A stretch of 64,000 bases of DNA. Source: Mobula hypostoma. Lineage: Eukaryota. Shown here in pieces: positions 61,821-64,000 of this stretch. The translations under genes and the position numbers were made by a program. The stretch is from positions 26,538,001 to 26,602,000 of the forward strand of contig NC_086109.1 in assembly GCF_963921235.1 (NCBI RefSeq), written 5' to 3'. Under the pieces are notes generated by a model. That model saw only the letters and a list, made by a program, of their open reading frames with translations, was not told the origin of the DNA and ran no database searches. Within the stretch, counting starts at the first letter, position 1; the number at the start of each line of letters is the position of its first letter.

Positions 61821-64000
61821 ATATATACTCTATTGCTGAGTATCGCCATTAAAGTTTGTGAAAGAACGTATCCTCAGTGATATCCAAGGTCTAAAAGTTG
61901 CACCAATATGGAACTCCTTTCTGTGGAAGTTGACAATATATATCCATAAGATGGTGGATAATGTCATCAAAGAGTGGCGCTCTCTGTGGTCAGTCAATCA
62001 TTTTAATAAGTTGACTTTAATAAGAAGCATGACCAAACAATGTACAGTAGATTTTAAAAAGGGTTTCATTGCTCTGAAGGGATGCAGTTGCTGAGTTTAT
62101 TCAAAGCTGTCGATCGATTTTTATGAATCTCAAATTTGGGAAATACGAGGACTGGGCAAGAAGGTGGGTTTGAGGGAGACTATTTGAGTTCTACTTTCAT
62201 TGAAAGGTTGAGCTGGAGGACATATTACTACGCCCCCTGAATTAATATTTTATGAATCATACAACCAAGGAGAACTGACTGTGTACATGACTGAATTCTG
62301 TCCAACGTTTCCAAGCATGTATTCATTTAAGGATACTGTATTGGAAAGAAAATGTTGAGGTGAAAAATTTGATGTATTTCTGATGTTAAGAATGGATCCT
62401 ATAATAGGTGTGGTGTCATGTATTGTAACTTGTTCAGCCCAACCGATGTAATGTCAGAAAGTTCATTTGCTATTCAATCATATTATCATTAGAATATTTC
62501 TCTACATATTAAAGTGATGACTGCACACATCTTGGTTAGTATATAAGGGATGGTAGAAATTCAGTCTTGTTATTTTGAGATTTTAAAATCAGTATCCTCT
62601 TGTCTGTGGTTTGATTAATTCTAGATATCTCTAACCTCACTTTACTTGTACCTTGTCGTACTTTCTTTTGCAACAATGCTATTCTGTCTATGAATGTGTG
62701 TCATAGAGTTCAAGAATGCCAAGGGGAAAAATATACTAATTTAGTACTTTATAGGGCTGATAACACCACTACCAAATAGAGGAGCCAGTATTAAGAAGCA
62801 TATCACAGTCTTGCATTGCAATTGAATATTTTGGTGGACTTTTCAAAGTTAGGACAAGTTATGTATCCAACTAATTTCTGGAAAATTATAGTGCAAGTTA
62901 ATGAAACAATATTAATTAAAAAAAAAATTTGACTGCAAAATTTGACTGATTTATAGAAAATACGAACAAGGATGAGAAAGGATGTCTGTGATTGATTTAA
63001 TTTGCTATTCTCTATTTTCTGCACATGACAGAGAAAACTGCTGGAGATTAATTGGGAACAAGTTCCGCATTAACGTTTTAACTGAATTTGAACTGTAATT
63101 TTATTAAATATGACAATATCCATTAAAATGATGTTTCCTCTAATTTTATTACAGTTGCATAGACCAACCATTGATCTGAGCAGGAAATTTTTTCGTGGCC
63201 TGAAAACTGCTTGGCACTTTAACAAAACAGTATATAAAAGAAAATTCCAGCTGCGCAGCATCAAAGGCTAAGTGCAGGGGTGCATTTTTAGTTACTGCAC
63301 AGCTGCCCATCGTAGCGGGAAAAGTGTTTGTGGAATAAAGAAAAAAATCCTTGGAAGTAAAGGGGATAGTTTAAAAAGTGAGGATATCATTTATATTTTA
63401 ACCTTATTCAAAGGCATATCCCAATTAGTCCTGCTTCGCCCAATTAGGAATGTAAAGAATTAGACTCGCATTTTTCCAAATTTCCAAAGAATCATCTTAA
63501 GTGTAGGAGTACAGTATTGTTGTTATTATCCCATTTATAAGTTAATAAAGGACCAGAAAACTCTGTAAAGAGCATAAAATCTTTCTTGCTCAAATTTGAC
63601 TTGCTTCAATATATTCTTTGCTTTCAGTCTTATTGTTGGATGGGTCACTTGTGTTGTTGGAGCAAGCTTATTCCAGGGGAAAACCTGTCACTGCTTGTGT
63701 TCTTGGCGCCTGTCCAGAAGCTAACAATGGTGGCATTGACTGAAGTATTGGATGAATCTGTGAAGCAACTTAAGTGCAACATGTTCAATAATCATTAGTT
63801 CTATAATACATGCATTACAGTTATGTTTTTTACGGTTTATAGTTCCTACTTTATAAATTGGAAAAAGTGACTGGTTTAATTTTAAATGCATCATGGCCTC
63901 TTTTTCTTTTCACTAATCATTTTGAAATTATGTATTTATTATCCCCTTTTCTTTCTTCCGATGGATTTGATCTAAGAGTTACAGTTTCTGTTTGTTTACA

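Noticed and set aside
57900..64000. Additional CELSR2 exons
   Set aside because: No frame resembling the expected next segment (DGVHSVTAQC..., EGF repeats) was found; the region reads as AT-rich intron 1 with CR1 fragments.

Overview
Vertebrate genomic DNA. The repeat content (CR1 with CTATGTTT tails, V-SINE/DeuSINE, Neptune-type Penelope) suggests a cartilaginous fish, probably a ray; this is inference. Three + strand protein-coding genes are present: (1) the last three coding exons of a class-3 semaphorin most similar to SEMA3D (161-6246); (2) a complete 11-exon cytosolic seryl-tRNA synthetase SARS1 (17669-41654, 513 aa, all GT-AG, phases consistent); (3) the giant first exon of CELSR2 (about 54252-57831). 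Introns and intergenic DNA are dense in CR1, Rex1/Babar, Penelope-like, Tc1/mariner, pogo/Tigger and hAT elements. The most striking hidden structure is a family of minimal type-I hammerhead ribozyme (HHR) motifs, AGTC-CTGANGA-A-GGGT(loop)GCCY-GAAA-CGTC-GACT. They are carried by Penelope 3' ends and by short non-autonomous derivatives. One derivative is a TSD-flanked fold-back element with an intact ribozyme core (51245-51490), and two short inserts have 5' junctions that fall inside the ribozyme core. Also notable: a SEMA3D-like paralog in the SARS1-CELSR2 block with a shortened basic tail, and a possible decayed multi-exon gene on the minus strand in a CpG-retaining domain upstream of CELSR2. 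All coordinates and motifs were read by eye; no database searches were run.
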